From: a bacterium
GTDB taxonomy: Bacteria > UBA8248
Direction: 5' to 3'
DNA length: 64,000 nucleotides
NCBI GenBank assembly: GCA_965219955.1
Contig: OZ244799.1
Coordinates: 2,048,001 to 2,112,000 of the forward strand
Positions 8,546 to 18,212 of the stretch are shown one piece after another. Positions within the stretch are counted from its first letter, which is position 1. Each line of letters opens with the position of its first letter. The position numbers were made by a program, and so were the translations under genes. The notes beneath the pieces were generated by a model. That model had not been told where the DNA came from, ran no database searches, and saw only the letters and a program-made list of their open reading frames with translations.

Positions 8546-10705
8546 CTACGCTTCCAGAAAACAGCGAAGCGCTTCTAGTAGTTTTTCCCTGGACTTCAAA
8601 GAGGGGCGATAATCCATGTGCCGAAAATCATTCTTCTCCATCTCACTCAGAAGTCTCCGATAAATTCGGCCCATGATTCTCGCGGGAAGAAGGTTCCCTG
8701 TCTTCTCGTGACTCAAGGCTTCGTTCGCTCCCTCGTAGTATTCACGCGCTCGATGCGCCAAGGACCGAAGAAGGCTTAAAACCTCGGAAGTATCGTTTTT
8801 ATATCTCAAATCGGAGACCGTTACGCCATATTTCTCCATTTCGCTTCCGGGAATATAAATGCGCCCTTCCTCGGCATCTTCCCAAACGTCTCTCAAAATG
8901 TTCGTCATCTGCAGCGCCCTGCCCAAACAAACGGCGTAGTCGTTGGCGAATTCCGATTTCGCCTCGAAGATGCCCAGGCACGCCAGCCCTACTGCGGAAG
9001 CCACCTTGTCACAATAATTTTCAAGGTCTGACAAATTTTCAAATCGACTATCCTCCAGATCCATCGCCACCCCGTCACAAATCGCCCGGAAATGTTCCGG
9101 CGGCAAGTCGTATTTTCTCGACGCCCATGCGAGTTCCCCGATTATCGGGTGGGATGGACTCTCCTCGCCCAACTGATCCAGCGCCTCTTTCCATTCGCGC
9201 AACGTGGTTTTCTTGCCGGATATCTCACCCGGCTCATCGGCGATGTCGTCGGCCATGCGGCAATACGCGTAAACCGCCGTGATGGCGCGCCTTTTCTCCG
9301 CCGGCAGGCTGAAAAAAGACAGATAAAAATTCGACCGGCTCGCGCGAATGAACCAGCGGCAGTATGCGCGGTTCAACCCTTCTTCGGCATGCCGATCCAC
9401 ATTGGATTCGAGTCGATAGACCGGGCGAAACACCGCGAGCAACGATTTGGCCTTATCCCGGCCATTCAAAAGCGGAGATCCCGCGCAGACGTTCCATTCC
9501 GCACGGGAAATGGCGTCAAGCGCCGCAATGCCGCCGCGCCAAATCGCGCGAAGCTCACGGCCCAATGCGCCGCGGGTGCGGTACAAAAGAGGCAGGCCCT
9601 GCCTGAAGAGGCGCTTCGTCCTTTTTATCTGAAAAACCAGGAACGCTCGAAGCTGAGGCGTCGCCGCGTCGGCAAGCAAATCATCCTCGGAGACGGAGAA
9701 TCTTTTCATCTCATCCTGAGGCATATAGATAATGCCTCGCTCGGCGTCTTCTTTCACATCTTGCAAGTGATTCGCAATCTGCAAGGCCGTGCAGATGGCA
9801 TCTGACGCGCGAAGGGCCTCTTCATCACGTATCCCGTGCAGCATGAGAACGATTCGCCCGACGGGATCCGCCGATCGGCGACAATAATCGAGCAAGGCTT
9901 CATAGTTCGGATACCGGAGGACTGTGACGTCCTGTTTGAATGCCGACAGCAAATCCCGAAAAGGCTGCAAGGGCAAATCGAATTGCTGAATCGTGTCGGA
10001 GAGCGCAATGAAAACGGCTGTTTCCGCAACTCCTTGCTGGGCCAATACGAGTTTTTCTTCCCACTCATCAAGGCGCGCAAGTCGCTCCCGGGCGGGCTCT
10101 GTCGAATCCGCGATATCATCCGCACCCCTGGCGAACGCATATACCGCGGCAACGTGCGGTCTTATCTTCGCCGGAAGCAACTTCGAGGCGACGGGAAAAT
10201 TCTCGTAGTGGCCGACTACGATTTTCATGCACTCATCATAAGCGGCGCTTAAATCAGCCTCTGAAACATTTTTTGCCTCTTTGTCTGAATCCCGTGTCTC
10301 CTCGCCATTCATGAGAGATTCTATCAACTGCGCATCCGCGGGCAGGAAATCAAACTCCCCCAATGAGGCAGGATGCACCCACTCGTGTTCCGCTACCCCC
10401 AAATTCTCCGCCACTCCGCTTTCCCACTCACAATCATAAAAGCGAAGGTGGACGTCCCTGTCTGGATAACGGTGTCGTGTCTCCCAATGAAGACGGCCAA
10501 CGCGCACATCGATCCCTAATTCTTCGCAAATTTCCCTTTGCAATGCTTCCCGGGGATTCTCGCCGTACTCAATTTTGCCGCCGGGAAACTCCCAGAAGCC
10601 CGGCATATGTCCGCCCTCCGGGCGCTGGCAGATGAGAATGCGTCCCTCGCTCCGGACAATCCCGGCAACGACGCTTAGCTCTAAAACGGCAACTTCGTCC
10701 TTCAT
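8546..10705 (-). CDS. Triple fusion: MutT-like Nudix + HpnC + HpnD (squalene synthesis)
   Basis: Nudix box GGKIEYGENPREALQREICEELG; HpnC-type HYENFPVAS/DDIAD/LQIANHLQD; HpnD-type SNFYLSF/AYCRMADDIAD/LQMTNILRD; one 719-aa ORF. Confidence 0.85.
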   Translation of the reverse strand: MKDEVAVLELSVVAGIVRSEGRILICQRPEGGHMPGFWEFPGGKIEYGENPREALQREICEELGIDVRVGRLHWETRHRYPDRDVHLRFYDCEWESGVAENLGVAEHEWVHPASLGEFDFLPADAQLIESLMNGEETRDSDKEAKNVSEADLSAAYDECMKIVVGHYENFPVASKLLPAKIRPHVAAVYAFARGADDIADSTEPARERLARLDEWEEKLVLAQQGVAETAVFIALSDTIQQFDLPLQPFRDLLSAFKQDVTVLRYPNYEALLDYCRRSADPVGRIVLMLHGIRDEEALRASDAICTALQIANHLQDVKEDAERGIIYMPQDEMKRFSVSEDDLLADAATPQLRAFLVFQIKRTKRLFRQGLPLLYRTRGALGRELRAIWRGGIAALDAISRAEWNVCAGSPLLNGRDKAKSLLAVFRPVYRLESNVDRHAEEGLNRAYCRWFIRASRSNFYLSFFSLPAEKRRAITAVYAYCRMADDIADEPGEISGKKTTLREWKEALDQLGEESPSHPIIGELAWASRKYDLPPEHFRAICDGVAMDLEDSRFENLSDLENYCDKVASAVGLACLGIFEAKSEFANDYAVCLGRALQMTNILRDVWEDAEEGRIYIPGSEMEKYGVTVSDLRYKNDTSEVLSLLRSLAHRAREYYEGANEALSHEKTGNLLPARIMGRIYRRLLSEMEKNDFRHMDYRPSLKSREKLLEALRCFLEA

Positions 10706-10720
10706 CCCATCTCCATGAGC

Positions 10721-11554
10721 TTAACCCTGCGCAGCCTCAGGCTCCATATCATCCGGCAACCGTCTCAAGACACTGGAAAACACGATGGGTTCCGCCATGG
10801 GTACCGCCTTGGACAGTTCTTTTTCATCTGCAAAATACTCGCCCGGCAGGACCAATCCCGGCATCCGCAACTCGACCGAATCCTTTGAGAACGGCCATGG
10901 GGATATTTCCAGATCATCGGTGTTTGCGGTTTTCACTTTCAACCCACCCTGAATCAAGGGGTGGACTGCGGCATCGGGCGGGGTAATTTCCGGCGCCCGG
11001 CACGCCAACAGGGATAATGTATCGCAAACCCCGAGCAAAGACACGGAATTTTCGATCGCATCTACGTGCTTCGGCTCAATCAGGGCGTCCAACTCTTTCT
11101 GCCGTTTCGATTCAGCGTGAATGAACCCGTTCAGCACCTTGGAAACTTCCAGCGGGGCGCCTCTTCTCCCACCTGCTGCGAGCGAAGAGAAGTGGAGGCT
11201 GACCAAATATCCGGAAAACGGATGGAAGGAAGCGCAAGAATCGATACCCTTCGACCATATTTCCACCGCTTTGTCCGCCGTGATGCCGAAAAAACTGTAA
11301 GGCAGTTTCGTCAGCGCATCCCACCTCGGGGTGGCGTCCGAGCGGCACCACCCGACGTCATGATTGTCGATGGCGAACAAGACTTTCTCTGTGAGTTCAT
11401 CCGGCGGTGAGGGTAGCGATTCAATGCCTATCCAATTTCGCGCAATCGTACCCGCGGCCCGGGCGTGGTCATGTTGAGAGATGAGACGAACATGGTTATC
11501 TCGCGGACAAACAATCATTTGAAACACCAAAAAACGGCGGAGAATACTTTCCAA
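10721..11554 (-). CDS. DUF3891 family protein
   Basis: ISQHDHA, HDVGW, SLHF, PWPF motifs; true start may be the ATG of MIVCPR. Confidence 0.7.
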   Translation of the reverse strand: MESILRRFLVFQMIVCPRDNHVRLISQHDHARAAGTIARNWIGIESLPSPPDELTEKVLFAIDNHDVGWCRSDATPRWDALTKLPYSFFGITADKAVEIWSKGIDSCASFHPFSGYLVSLHFSSLAAGGRRGAPLEVSKVLNGFIHAESKRQKELDALIEPKHVDAIENSVSLLGVCDTLSLLACRAPEITPPDAAVHPLIQGGLKVKTANTDDLEISPWPFSKDSVELRMPGLVLPGEYFADEKELSKAVPMAEPIVFSSVLRRLPDDMEPEAAQG

Positions 11555-11737
11555 AACCGAAGAATCTCCAGGTCCAAGCCTGAAAGTATTTTATTTCGCC
11601 GATGAAAAATGTAACAACCGCCATTGCGGCAAACAAGAAAATTCAACATCCACTTGAACAAACGTGTGCAAAACACATAATTTTGCTACAAGTCAGTATA
11701 TATTCTTGTCCTGGAAATAAGGAAATCGCGCCAAATC

Positions 11738-13174
11738 ATGAATCGAAAAAATTTCCCTCAGGATCCCGGTTCAGTCGGCCTCACGAAAACACGGACCATC
11801 AAGCTTCCGGAGCCGTTTCGGACCGATTCCGGCGAAACATTGCCTGAAATCCAGGTGGCATATGAGACATACGGCGAACTCTCCCCAAATGCCGATAATG
11901 CCGTTTTGGTCATCCATGCGCTTACGGGCGACGCGCACGCAGCCGGCTTCCACAGCCCCGACGATCCGCGTCCGGGCTGGTGGGACCCGATGATCGGCCC
12001 CGGCAAGGCCATCGATACCCGAAAATACTTCGTCGTCTCCTCAAACAACCTGGGGGGATGCTCGGGCACCACGGGGCCCGCTTCGATCAACCCCGCTACG
12101 GGCAGAGCGTACAACACCGGCTTTCCCGTCACCACGGTGGAGGACACCGTTCGCGTCCACAAGCTGCTTCTCGATCATCTGGGCGTAAAACGCCTCAAAA
12201 CGGTCATCGGCGGCTCGCTCGCCGGGATGCAGACCCTGGAATGGGGCCTGCGCTACAGCGATATCTGCGACTCCGTCATTCCGGTCGCGGGCGCCGCCCG
12301 CCTGGATCCGATGGGCATCGCATGGGACAAAATCGCCCGCAGGGCCATCACGGCGGACGGCGACTGGAATGACGGCGACTACGCCGCCGGCCAGGGACCA
12401 CGCAAGGGCCTCAGCGCGGCGCGCATGCTGGCCCACATCACCTACCTGAGCCGGGGAATCATGTGGGAGAAATTCGGCCGCGAGATCAGGGACAAGGACA
12501 AAATGCTGGAGGATATCGCCTCGCGCTTCGAGGTGGAGAGTTACCTCGATCACCAGGGGGACAAATTCGTCGATCGCTTCGACGCGAACTCGTATCTGTA
12601 TATCTCCCGCATGATGGACTTATACGACGCCTCCCTGGGCTTCGAGAGCCTCGAGGCCTCGCTGTCCCGGCTGAAAACCAAATGCCTGCTCGTATGCTTC
12701 ATATCCGATTGGCTCTTCCCGCCGGAGAGAAGCATGGAGATCGCCCAGATTCTCCAGAAACTCAGGCATGAAGTGGAGTTGCACACGGTGGAGTCCACCT
12801 ACGGGCACGACGCGTTTCTGGTCCAATACGACAAGCTCACCGAGATCGTCGGCGGCTTTCTCGAAAGACTCGAAAACGGCGGCCCGATCGGCATCAACGC
12901 GGCTCCCATACCCCGGGGCTGCAAGCGGCTGGTTCTTTCCGTGCCGGGTCATCTCGTTGAGAAACCCGTTTTGTGGGAACTCGGCCGTAAATACTCGTTT
13001 TCCATCAACATCATGAGGAGCGAGCTGGACGCCCAATCGGGGTGGCAGGTTTGCGAATTCGACGGAAGCGAGGAGGAGATCGCACAGGCCGTGACGGAAC
13101 TCCGGGATATGGGCGTGTGGGTCGACCCCGGAGGGCATGACGCCATCGACCACGACCGCGCCGAAGTGGTATAA
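11738..13174 (+). CDS. metX: Homoserine O-acetyltransferase with C-terminal NIL domain
   Basis: HALTGD, GWWDPMIGPG, GGSLAG nucleophile, SDWLFP, GHDAFL; extra ~80-aa tail (KPVLWELGRKY...INIM...GW...FDG.EEEI..A...L...GV) resembles NIL. Confidence 0.88.
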   Translation: MNRKNFPQDPGSVGLTKTRTIKLPEPFRTDSGETLPEIQVAYETYGELSPNADNAVLVIHALTGDAHAAGFHSPDDPRPGWWDPMIGPGKAIDTRKYFVVSSNNLGGCSGTTGPASINPATGRAYNTGFPVTTVEDTVRVHKLLLDHLGVKRLKTVIGGSLAGMQTLEWGLRYSDICDSVIPVAGAARLDPMGIAWDKIARRAITADGDWNDGDYAAGQGPRKGLSAARMLAHITYLSRGIMWEKFGREIRDKDKMLEDIASRFEVESYLDHQGDKFVDRFDANSYLYISRMMDLYDASLGFESLEASLSRLKTKCLLVCFISDWLFPPERSMEIAQILQKLRHEVELHTVESTYGHDAFLVQYDKLTEIVGGFLERLENGGPIGINAAPIPRGCKRLVLSVPGHLVEKPVLWELGRKYSFSINIMRSELDAQSGWQVCEFDGSEEEIAQAVTELRDMGVWVDPGGHDAIDHDRAEVV

Positions 13175-13248
13175 ACCAGAAAATTGCCGCGCACGTATAT
13201 TCACAGGTACATTCAAGAGATTCGATACAAACCAGACGGAGGCACGCC

Positions 13249-13881
13249 ATGAGTGAGTTGAAAGAACCGATCGTTGTGGTGAAATACTCGGACTACACCT
13301 GACCATTTTGCTATGTCGCCACCGTGGGTGGCACGCCCGTGATCGAAGAAGACCCCGACGTCGTCGTCGAGTGGGTCAGTTGGGAGGGGAGACCCCCCGG
13401 CCAGGAGTTCGCCGGCTACTCGCCGGAGCAGAAACAGGAAAGTTACGAGAACAACCACAAACCTCTCGCCGAGAAGTACGACGTGCCCATCCGGGTGGCG
13501 GGTGGCGACTACCGCACCACGAACCTCCACATGGCCACCTATTACGCCCGCGACAAGGGGAAGTTCAAGGAATTCCGGAATCGCTGCTACAAGGCCCGCT
13601 GGGAGGACGACCTGAATCTCGAGGATTTGGACGTCATCGCCGGTCTCGGTCAGGATGTCGGCCTGGACGGTGAGGAAATCAAGGCCGTCATCGCCGAGGG
13701 ACGCTACATCGGCGCGCTCCACAGCCAGCGCGCCCAGGGAAAAGGGTTGGGCATCTTCGGCATCCCCACGTTCGTGGTGGAGGGGAAGCTCTTCTGGGGC
13801 AAAGACGTCATCGACGACGTCAAGGACGAGGTCGCGCGCGTGAAGCAGGAGCGCATCGAGAAGGAAAAAGAAGAGAGCTAG
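13249..13881 (+). CDS. DsbA/FrnE (HCCA isomerase-like) thioredoxin-fold protein, probable selenoprotein (UGA 13300-13302, U-P-F-C), 210 aa
   Basis: GGAGG RBS, then MSELKEPIVVVKYSDYT-U-PFCYVATV, in frame with track ORF 13324-13881 (GIFGIPTFVVEGKLFWGKD). Matches D-Y-x-C-P-F-C-Y. Confidence 0.85.
13315..13334 (+). promoter_or_regulatory. Candidate SECIS hairpin
   Basis: GT-C-GCCACC-GTG-GGTGGC-AC; loop G 22 nt after UGA. Confidence 0.6.
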
Positions 13882-14479
13882 CCTTCGCCTCATCCGCATG
13901 AACCGGGCGTCCGCTCCCGCGGGGTCGCCGGACCACCCCGTTCCGGGGCCGGGCGGCCCGGGCGGATGGGTTCGCCTCGCGGGGAAACGCGGGCAATTGC
14001 GCGCAAATGCGGGGCTGCGAAAAAACTTTTTCATTCGATGAATTTCGATAAATCATTCACTACCTGCTTTATGTTATCCCGGTAACTGTTTGAATAAATA
14101 TAAAATATCATTTTTCGTCCTGTTCGATAAATTTGCAGGAATTTATCGAAAAATACCTTGAATTTATCCAATTTTACGGGAAATATCATTATTTCCATTT
14201 CCCCGCCCGCCCCGGCGTCCATGAGCGCCGTGGCCCGGGCCGGGTGAAGAACGCGGACAGACGCCCCTATCCTCTCTCGAATGCCCGGTGCCATGAGAAA
14301 ACCTCCTCTCGCCTCCGCGTCGGCCCGCAAGCGGGAGAGCTTTCCCCCGCGCGGCGCGCACGATACACCGCTTCGGGGTCCGGGGGAGAACGGCAAATGC
14401 GCGCAAATGCGCAGACGCCCGGCCCCCTCGCCGAACCTCCCTTGTCAGAAGGGCTTTTTTGTCCCCCGTCGGGAGTGTC

Positions 14480-15240
14480 GCCTTTTCCCCCTGACAAGGA
14501 GTTGTTGAAAAATTCCTAATTTCGTGATTCCACATATAGAGCCGACCATGGAGGGATGAAACTTTACTCCTCCCTTGTGGAGCGCCAATCAATCACTCCC
14601 CCCTTGAGGGGGCTGTTGAAAAACCCCGATGAGGGAGGGTTTGTTGTAGGGGCCGCATACATGCGGCCCATTGTTGGAACGGGAAAAACCAGGGTCGCAT
14701 ATATGCGACCCCTACAATCTCCGCACAAGGTGTTGGTGCAGGGGTACCATACACGCGGCCCTACGGGTTCATCTTGCGTCGGGTGAAGGGCATCCTTCGA
14801 TACGCGGTTTCACCGCTACTCAGGATGAAGGAGATGTGAGGACTTTTTCAACAGCCCCTTGAGGGGGGGGAGTCGAAGAGGTCGAGCCTTGGCGAAGGCC
14901 GATTCGGTGGGGGGTGAATCGCGTTTTACCCGCTCCGAATTATACCCCCCACCAGTTCGCTTTCGGGCTTACGCCCTCAGCTCACTGACTCCCCCTCAAG
15001 GGGGGAGTGGTTCCTTTCTTCTCGGTTGCCGATGACACTCAAGGGGGGAGGGAATCCCGATCATCGAATTGTTCGCCGTAGGGACAACCCTCCGTGGTTG
15101 TCCTTCGTCGGGGCGTCAGGACGACAGGCGCGGAGGCCTGCCCCTGCAAAACCAACCCCCTACAACCCTCCGTCAGGGGCGCTTTCAGCCCTCCCCTGCG
15201 CCAAGGTGTTTCTCGTTCGCCTTTTTGCCCTTTCATCCCC
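14480..15240. repeat. Mosaic cluster of palindromic repeats (GTAG-type REPs, CCCCCTTGAGGGGG units, MITE ends)
   Basis: GTAGGGGCCGCATACATGCGGCCC, GTAGGGACAACCCTCCGTGGTTGTCC and ACTCCCCCTCAAGGGGGGAGT units recur at 17.7, 24.5, 36.6, 44.2 and 60.6-61.4 kb. Confidence 0.8.
14609..14858. mobile_element. MITE (15-bp TIR GGGGCTGTTGAAAAA, TSD TTGAG) with REP cargo
   Basis: Perfect TIRs; TTGAG at 14604-14608 and 14859-14863; an uninterrupted copy of the target palindrome is at ~24521-24549. Confidence 0.8.
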
Positions 15241-15290
15241 GATTCGATAAGCTGTTTCATCTGCATCCACTATCTTGAGGAGAGAACCCG

Positions 15291-16883
15291 ATGGCGCAGT
15301 TCGATGGTGTTGTGATCGGCGCGGGACATAACGGCCTGGTGTGCGCGGCGTATCTCGCCCGGGCGGGGCTGAAAATCGCCGTTCTGGACAGCGAACCCGA
15401 AATCGGCGGCGGCTCGAGCACCAGGGAATTCCTGCTGCCCGGCTACCAGTCCAACATGCACGCGAATTTCTTCATCGGTCTGGACGATTTTCCAATCGTC
15501 AAGGACCTGGAACTGAATAAATACGGGTTCAAGTGGCTCACCCCCGACGTGCAGCACGCCGCGCTGTACCGCGACGGCACGGCGGTTCTGCTTCACCGGG
15601 ATGCTGAGAAAAGCGCAGCTTCCATCTCGCGATTTTCGAAAAAAGACGCAGAATCATACGCCTACCTTCACCGGCGATTCGCCGTGGAACTCGCCCCTCT
15701 CATGCGCAGTTTCCTGTTTCATCCACCGCTGCCTCCGGAGGAAATCGTCTCCCGGATGGAGGGCGACGCAGGCCGGGAGATCCTGAGCTTTGCGAAAATG
15801 TCGATTTTCGAGGCCATCGAATCGCATTTCGAGCATCCCAAAATGCGGGCCTTGTTCTTCCTGTTCTCCCACGCCATCACGGTGGAGAACGCGCCGGGCA
15901 CGGGTATCTTTCTCCCGAGCCTGTTCTCCACCCACACGACGCTCGGCCTCCCGGTGGGGGGCGCCATCCAACTGCCCCTGGCGCTCGAGCGCATCGTCAC
16001 CCAGAACGGAGGCGTCGTCCTGAGAAGCACCCACGTGCGCGAGGTGATTCGGGAAAACGGCCGCGCGACGGGCGTGATGCTCGATGGCGGAGAGAAGATG
16101 ATGGCGACGCAATTCGTCGCTTCGAGTCTCAACGCGCCGGCATCCATCAAAATGGCGGGAGAAGACGCGTTCCCCGATGAGGTCAACGAGAAGGTGCGAA
16201 ACTGGGACTGGGGCTTCCATTCCCTGAGCACGCTGCATCTCGCCCTGGCTGAAATCCCGCGATATGCCGCGGAGGATTTCGACCCCGACGTAGGCGAGGC
16301 CTACAACATCATCTTCGGGGCGGACTCCGGCGAGGAGATGGCCGAGAACACCGAAGAGCGCAGAAACGGCCTCATCCCGTCGAACCCGATGGGCAACGGT
16401 TCATGCAACAGCCAGCACGACCCCTCCTATGCGCCCCCGGGCGGCCACGTCGCTTTCTGGTGGCCGGGCGCGCCCTATGAGCTCAAGGACGGCGGCCCCC
16501 GGAAGTGGGATGAGATAAAAGAGGAATACACCGAACGCCTCGTGGACGTATGGCGGGGCTACGCTCCGAACCTCACGCCGGACAACGTCCGCGCGGCGAA
16601 GCTCTACACGCCGCTCGACGTGGAACGCGGGAACAAGAACATGATCCGCGGCGGCGTGCGCATGGGGGCGTACATTCCCGAACAGTTGGGGATCAACAGG
16701 CCCCATCCCCTGCTCTCCGGCATGCGGACGCCTCTGGAGGGGTTCTATCTGTGCAGTTCGAGCTGCCAGGGGGGTGGTCTGAACGGGGCGCCCGGCTACA
16801 ACGCCGCCGGCGTGATCGCGGATGATTTGGGCGTCGAGAAATGGTGGGAGCCGCTTCCTGCGCCTGCGGCGCCCGCAGGCTAG
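15291..16883 (+). CDS. Phytoene dehydrogenase-like FAD oxidoreductase (COG1233 type)
   Basis: GAGHNGLVCAAYLARAG; C-terminal RTPLEGFYLCSS...GGG..GAPGYNAA. Confidence 0.85.
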   Translation: MAQFDGVVIGAGHNGLVCAAYLARAGLKIAVLDSEPEIGGGSSTREFLLPGYQSNMHANFFIGLDDFPIVKDLELNKYGFKWLTPDVQHAALYRDGTAVLLHRDAEKSAASISRFSKKDAESYAYLHRRFAVELAPLMRSFLFHPPLPPEEIVSRMEGDAGREILSFAKMSIFEAIESHFEHPKMRALFFLFSHAITVENAPGTGIFLPSLFSTHTTLGLPVGGAIQLPLALERIVTQNGGVVLRSTHVREVIRENGRATGVMLDGGEKMMATQFVASSLNAPASIKMAGEDAFPDEVNEKVRNWDWGFHSLSTLHLALAEIPRYAAEDFDPDVGEAYNIIFGADSGEEMAENTEERRNGLIPSNPMGNGSCNSQHDPSYAPPGGHVAFWWPGAPYELKDGGPRKWDEIKEEYTERLVDVWRGYAPNLTPDNVRAAKLYTPLDVERGNKNMIRGGVRMGAYIPEQLGINRPHPLLSGMRTPLEGFYLCSSSCQGGGLNGAPGYNAAGVIADDLGVEKWWEPLPAPAAPAG

Positions 16884-17281
16884 GTCTCCGCGCCGGGGAT
16901 CATCACCACCGCTTCGATTTCCACGATGTCGTCCTGGTTCAGCCTGCTCACTTCCACGATGGTGCGCGTGGGCAGGTTCGGCCCGAAGTATTCCTCATAC
17001 AGCCGGTTGATTGTCGGGCGGTGGGCATCCATGTCCCGCACGTAGACGACGGTGGAAACGAACGTGGCGAGCGACCCGCCCGCCGCCTCCGCAATGGCTT
17101 TCAGGTTCTCGAAAGTTCTTCTGGTACGCGCCTCGATGGTTCGCTCGACGAGTTCCCCGGAATCCGGGTCGATGCCGCGCTGGCCGGCGATGAACAACAG
17201 GTTCCCCACGCGGCGCGCCTGGACGAAGGGTCCGGTGGGCGAAGGGGCCTGCTCTGTCTGGATGGTTTGAGGCGACTCCAA
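16880..17281 (-). CDS. RidA (YjgF/YER057c/UK114) family protein
   Basis: AP.P.GPFVQA, LFIAGQ, PTRT.VEVSRL...VEIEAV; TTG start at 17281. Confidence 0.88.
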   Translation of the reverse strand: MESPQTIQTEQAPSPTGPFVQARRVGNLLFIAGQRGIDPDSGELVERTIEARTRRTFENLKAIAEAAGGSLATFVSTVVYVRDMDAHRPTINRLYEEYFGPNLPTRTIVEVSRLNQDDIVEIEAVVMIPGAET

Positions 17282-17349
17282 GGCGTCTCCCCGGTTTGCA
17301 AGCAGGGAATAAGCTGCGCGATTGGTTTTCCTGCCGCGTGGCGCCGCTA

Positions 17350-17571
17350 TTATTTCTTGCCTTTCGGCAACTCCGCCGGAAAAGCGATTTTGAGCCATTG
17401 CTGCGTCAGTATGGTCGCGGCGTTCTCGTCTCTTCCGGGAATGAACGCGATGGGTTCTTTGGGCTGAGCGCCCTCCTGATCGAGCATATAGACGTCGACG
17501 CCGAACCCGTACAGGTCATGATCGCGGGTTTCGAGATTGTACTTCACCCCATTGTTCGTCAGTTGATTCAT
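17350..17571 (-). CDS. Small hypothetical protein
   Basis: 73-aa ORF with protein-like composition and AAAGGA RBS; no family recognised. Confidence 0.55.
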   Translation of the reverse strand: MNQLTNNGVKYNLETRDHDLYGFGVDVYMLDQEGAQPKEPIAFIPGRDENAATILTQQWLKIAFPAELPKGKK

Positions 17572-18212
17572 CTGGGATCATCCTTTCAAGCTCACTGGCG
17601 AAAAACTCGACGATGAGAGTTCCAACTCCCGCTATCATAGCCGATGGCTTGAGCCCCCGTAAAGTTTGGAGGCAGTCTCAAACGCATCCGTTCTTGGGGT
17701 TGTTGGAAAAGCCTGGATAAACGAGGGTTTGACTCGTCCGATAAATGAGCAAGATTCACTCCCCCTTGAGGGTCTGGCTTCCCGAGGGGAAAGCCAGACG
17801 GTGAGGTAAGGGCGCAAGCCCGCAAGCGAACCGGTGGGGGGTATAATTCGGAATGGCGATAAAACGCATTTTACCCCCCACCGCATCAGCCTTCGCAAAA
17901 AACGCTCGGCTTCTTCGTCTGGCTTTCCCCTCGGGAAGCCAGACCCTCAAGGGGGGAGTGATTCTTCTCTCTCGTTGGTTGGCAATGTTGTTCAAGGGCA
18001 ATGTCCGCAGCCGCGCAGATGAGCTGAATTCCGAGCGAGAAGCCTTTTTCAACAGCCCCGACAAGGGGGGTAGGGGAGTTGGTTTTCGGGGTGAGCGGGC
18101 GGGAGACGCAAAAGAACCTCATCCCGAGTAGGCCCGAAGGGCCGTATCGAGGGAGCGCCCCTTCGACAGGCTCAGGACAGGCCCTTCGATACGCCCTTCG
18201 ACAAGCTCAGGA

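Noticed and set aside
14480-15240. CRISPR array in the repeat clusters
   Set aside because: The repeats are inverted, nested and irregularly spaced, with no constant repeat-spacer period and no cas genes.
15291-16883. Carotenoid pathway linking this oxidoreductase to the hpn genes
   Set aside because: Not adjacent, on the opposite strand, and belongs to a broad family of unknown substrate.
17592-18131. Short ORFs inside repeat mosaics (also 14.1-15.3, 24.4, 36.6, 44.1-44.9, 55.7 and 60.5-61.4 kb)
   Set aside because: They are translations of palindromic repeats that recur at several loci.
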